64,000 nt of DNA, from the NCBI GenBank assembly GCA_013239625.1, contig MU054323.1:18742819-18806818 (forward strand), written 5' to 3'. Origin of the DNA: Lama guanicoe. Lineage: Eukaryota. Each line of letters opens with the position of its first letter. The first letter of the stretch is position 1. Shown one piece after another: positions 60,127 to 64,000 of this stretch. The translations under genes and the position numbers were made by a program. The notes beneath the pieces are model-generated. The model ran no database searches. It worked only from the letters and a program-made list of their open reading frames with translations, and had not been told where the DNA came from.

Positions 60127-60949
60127 ACTACATCCCTTTTAATTTTAGGATGTACAGTGCTGTTGCCAATGTCATTTCTAAAAATCACACCACTTTTTAA
60201 AATTTTATAAAGAAGTGCACACAGACACACATACCAACACACCTACACACAAGGGCACCTTTGATTGAATCAATATACATACACGCACATAGAAGTGGAC
60301 TGTGAGCAACAGTACTTGGCCTCTGATGGATTGTTTTAACACTTTCCAATGAGGAAGGTATCCCCAGAGCAGTAGTGTAAAACCTAACACTCATTCTAAA
60401 TGTCCTTTTGGCCACCAGTATTTCTTCATTTTTTTCCTACATAGCGATTGTTATTCTAGTCCGCATAAATCGTGGCTGTTAATAATTCAAAAGCAAACAA
60501 CGGAGCTTGTCTTCTCCTCAGGCAACTTGTACTCTCCTATGGAAGGCCTGTGCTGTCAGTAATTCAAGTACAAACTGTTCCCTTAGGAGAACGATGATGA
60601 CAGGAGGAAATAGCATACACAGAAAATCATACGCTTCAGAAAGCGGAACTGTACTAACCAGTACCTAAGAGAAGCACAAACCTGTCTCCACTTTTCACAC
60701 GTCAATAGATGTGAAACAGTTTTATCTTCTATGACTTTCTGAGTTCAAAGGAATATTAGACGTCCTTGAGGCCACAGGTAAGAAAACTGAGAAGTCATTA
60801 TTTTCACAATTTCTCAGCACTAGTTTCCAGCTGAACTGAGAGTTGGAGCTATTCTGTTTCTGGTTCTCCAAGTCAATGTTTGTAAAATAATAACATACTA
60901 AATAGTCTTCTCTTTCAAACTACCAAACTCTAGAGTGAAGGGCAGAAAT

Positions 60950-62225
60950 CTTTGGACAAATGTACAATGACATGTTTACACAATTATAATCTCATACAGA
61001 GTACTTTCACTGCCCTAAAAATCCTTTGTGCTCCACCCATTCATCCATCCCTCACCTCTCACCTCTAAACCCTAGCAATCATTGACTTTTTTTTTTTTTT
61101 ACTATTGGTATAGTTTTCCTTTTTCCAGAATGTCATACCATTGGACTCATACAGTGAGTAGCCTTCTCAGATGGTCTTTTTTCACTTAGTAATATGTATT
61201 TAAGGGTTCTGAATATCTTTTCATGGTTTGATGGCTTATTTCTTTCTTTCACTAAATACTTCACTGTCTGGTTGTACCACAGATTATCCATCTTTTCACC
61301 TACTGAAGAACATCTTGGTTGCTTCTAGGTTTTGGCAGTTATGAATAAGGCTGCTACAAATCTATGTAGTTTGTGTAGACATAAGCTTTAGCTCCAAGGA
61401 GCATGATTGCTAGTTGATAAGAGTATGCTTAGTTTTGTAAGAAATTTCCAAACTGTCTTCCAAGGTGGCTATACAATCTTGCATTTCCACCAACAATAAA
61501 TGAGACTTCTTGTTGCTTCACATCCTCACCAGCGTTTGTTGTTAGTGTGCTGGATTTTGGTCATTCTATTTGGCATGTAGTGATATCTCATTGTTCTTTT
61601 AATTTGCATTTCCCTGTTACAACATATGATATTAAGTATCTTTTCATATGTTTTTTGTTTTTGCTTTTGCCATATGTATACCTTCTTTGGTGAAATGTCT
61701 GTTAAGGTCTTTGGCCTGTTATTCAATGGTGTTGGATTTCTTGTGGTTGACTTTTAAGAATTCTTTGTCTATTTTGGGTAACATACCTTTATCAGATGTG
61801 CCTTTCGCAAAGATTTTATCCAAGTCGGTGGGTTGTCCTGTCATTCTCTTAACATTGTCTTTTGCAGAGAAGTTTTTAATTTTAAGGAAGTCTCCCTTAT
61901 CAATAATTTTTAATTTTTTTTATGGATCTTGCTTTTGGTGTTGGATCTAAAAAGTCATCTCTATACCCAAAGTCATCTAGGGTTTCTGTGCTGTTATCTT
62001 CTAGGAGTATTATAATTTTGCGTTTTACATTTAGATCTATTATCCATTTGGGGTTAATCGTACTGAAGGAGATGAGGAAGGCTGATATCTTCCAGAGTGC
62101 AAAGTGATCTTGGAGTGTAAAGAGTTCAGGGTGTAAGATCAGTGGCTACATTCATTTTTTTGTTTTGCACGTGGTTGTCCAGTTGTTCCAGCCCCATTTC
62201 TAGTAAAGACTGTTTTTGCTCCATT
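60950..62225 (-). mobile_element. L1MC-like element (3'UTR plus ORF2 end)
   Basis: GGACAAATGTACAATGACATG...TTTCACTGCCCTAAAAATCCTTTGTGCTCCACCCATTCATCC, TTTCCAGAATGTCATA, TCTTTGGTGAAATGTCTGTTAAGGTCTTTGGCC, GTCCAGTTGTTCCAGCCCCATTT. Confidence 0.88.
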
Positions 62226-62432
62226 TTTTTGTTGCAGAACTGTCATATTTAGTACAACTAATATGTGCCTAGGAAATAAAATGATTCATATACAGAAGTA
62301 CTTATTTTTCCTTACAATTTTTGTCTGTAAATAATGTGTTTATAAAACAAAATGATAAATTTTGAAATTTTTACCAAGATGAAGAGATACACTGGCCATC
62401 AGATACTAAGTTAAATGTTATCTAAAACAGCT

Positions 62433-63273
62433 TGTGTCAGTAGCCCAGAGAGTTTGTGTCTTAGAAATACCTACTCCCTCCCCTCTGCCCCTCTGGGTCA
62501 AACCTGCGTGAAATCCAGGGATAGACTTATGATGACAAGGTGGATCTGGTAGCATTTGAACTCTTGCCCAAGCAACTATCTAGGAGAATGAAGGGCTACG
62601 CAAAGAGAGAACGAGTTTGGTGTGGACATTGGAAAACCTGAAGTTGCTCACCCTATCGATGGAGGTGCAGTTAAAGGAGCCAGCAGGGGAGTTTCCAAAG
62701 AGCTAACAAAAGTGCCTACAAAAGGAAGCATCTGCTTGAAAAATCTGCCCATCCCCGGACATTTAAGACCTCTTTATACTTGCACCAGTCACATATGATC
62801 TTGGTTTTCTTAATATTATTATTATTATTATTGGCCTCTCCTTTTTCTTTCTTCCATTCTAACTGAATAGAACTTCTTGTTAGTTAGCTTCAGGAGGATG
62901 GGAGAAGCAGAATTTGGGAGAAGAGTGAGAAGGTACCACATTTCCTTCTTTCATTGCAAGCAGCCAACCCACAGCAGACCCCAGCTACAGAAAGGAAAAA
63001 AAATTGAACTCAATAAATTTACATTTTTGAGTATTTTGTCACTGGATTTATATTTATTGAATTTAGATTGTGTTTAGTAATTCTAATTGAGTATAGAATT
63101 TCTTATTACCTGTGAGTAGCCAAGAAATATCATGAGAGTGCCAGGGCTGAGAAAAACCTGCATTTACCATTCCTTGCCTGTTACTCGTGTTAAGTAAAGG
63201 AAAAGTAGGAGACAGCTATTCATTTGTTTTTATGATTGCATCATGTGAAACTGATTTCTCAACACACTGTTAC
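62433..63273 (+). mobile_element. Possible ancient mammalian Gypsy-type LTR relic
   Basis: TG...CA-bounded block whose 3' part (GTAGCCAAGAAATATCATGAGAGTGCC...GTAGGAGACAG...TTTTTATGATTGCATC) resembles MamGypLTR/LTR81-type sequence. Recognition by eye only. Confidence 0.3.
62811..62832. repeat. (ATT)n microsatellite
   Basis: TAATATTATTATTATTATTATT. Confidence 0.9.
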
Positions 63274-64000
63274 AGACACACACACAAACATAGATATGGA
63301 ATTAGGTTCCCCTTTGAAATTAGCTTGAATTCAGGTCCACTTAATACCTTGGCCTAAGAGGTACTTAACAGATGGCAGTTTTCCCCCTTTTACACATTTA
63401 TGTATCTCATAGTACTGCTGATGGAAATGGAACCCTTTGGCCAATCACAGTATCTAGGTGTAAAAAGACCTGTACATAGGAGGTTGAGGTTTTACTGTAA
63501 AAAAAATCTTGTGCATTTTTCTAAAAGAGTTCTTAGCATGATGATTCCAGAAGAATTTACTGCCTGCCTCTTTGAATGAAACCAGTAATGGCCAACTGGA
63601 GGTCATGTTTTGAAAGGATGGTCTGCAGACCATCTACATCATTTGTTAAAAGACATGTTAGCTCCCACCCTATCTATACCTTGTAAGTAGGCCTGGGGAT
63701 GTCTGTCAGGCTTGCCTGGGGGTGCCTATAACACACTAAACAAGTCAAAAACTACTCTGTTAGTAGAAATCTCTGCTGTTTTTATAACTTTCTAGGTCAA
63801 ACAAATGAAAAATATTAACTTTCAGAATTTTGTTGAGCAAAAATCAACAGCAGTGGAACTCCTCTGTATTTTGTATAATTCTTCAGGTAGAGGCAAATTT
63901 GGGTATAAAATTTTTAGAGGAAATTTTCTCCCTTCATCTCTTTTTTCATTATGAATTCATTTTTAGTGTAAGCTCTTACTAAAACAAGGCTGAAAGCACA

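Noticed and set aside
1..64000. CRISPR arrays, operons, rRNA, snRNA or processed pseudogenes
   Set aside because: The sequence is mammalian. I saw no regularly spaced repeat-spacer array and no recognisable structural RNA or retrocopy, though a diverged one could be missed without a database search.

Overview
This is mammalian, AT-rich, repeat-dense genomic DNA, most likely from a camelid (alpaca, llama or camel): it carries a Vic-1-type tRNA-Ala-derived SINE at 164-300 and young cetartiodactyl/camelid-type L1 3' ends. I recognise no protein-coding exon, rRNA or true tRNA gene. The supplied ORFs look like chance ORFs or transposon-derived frames, so the window reads as intronic or intergenic. 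Much of it is LINE-1, LINE-2, MIR, MaLR/ERV LTR and hAT (MER) relics; subfamily names are assigned by eye and most boundaries are approximate. The most notable non-repeat signal is a small CpG-dense promoter-like island at about 30.3-30.6 kb. It has two NRF1-type motifs bracketing a perfect MARE/ARE, followed by a candidate first exon whose short ORF stays open up to a consensus splice donor. Other signals are a CpG-retaining element at 17.4-18.1 kb containing a well-formed minus-strand exon candidate, a twin-primed 5'-inverted L1 with templated junction filler, an intact ERV1 solo LTR with a 4-bp TSD, a 22-bp perfect palindrome resembling a p53 response element, a strong CTCF motif, and several unusual inverted-repeat structures. 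The sequence alone does not establish a new biological system; the promoter/first-exon candidate is the best lead.
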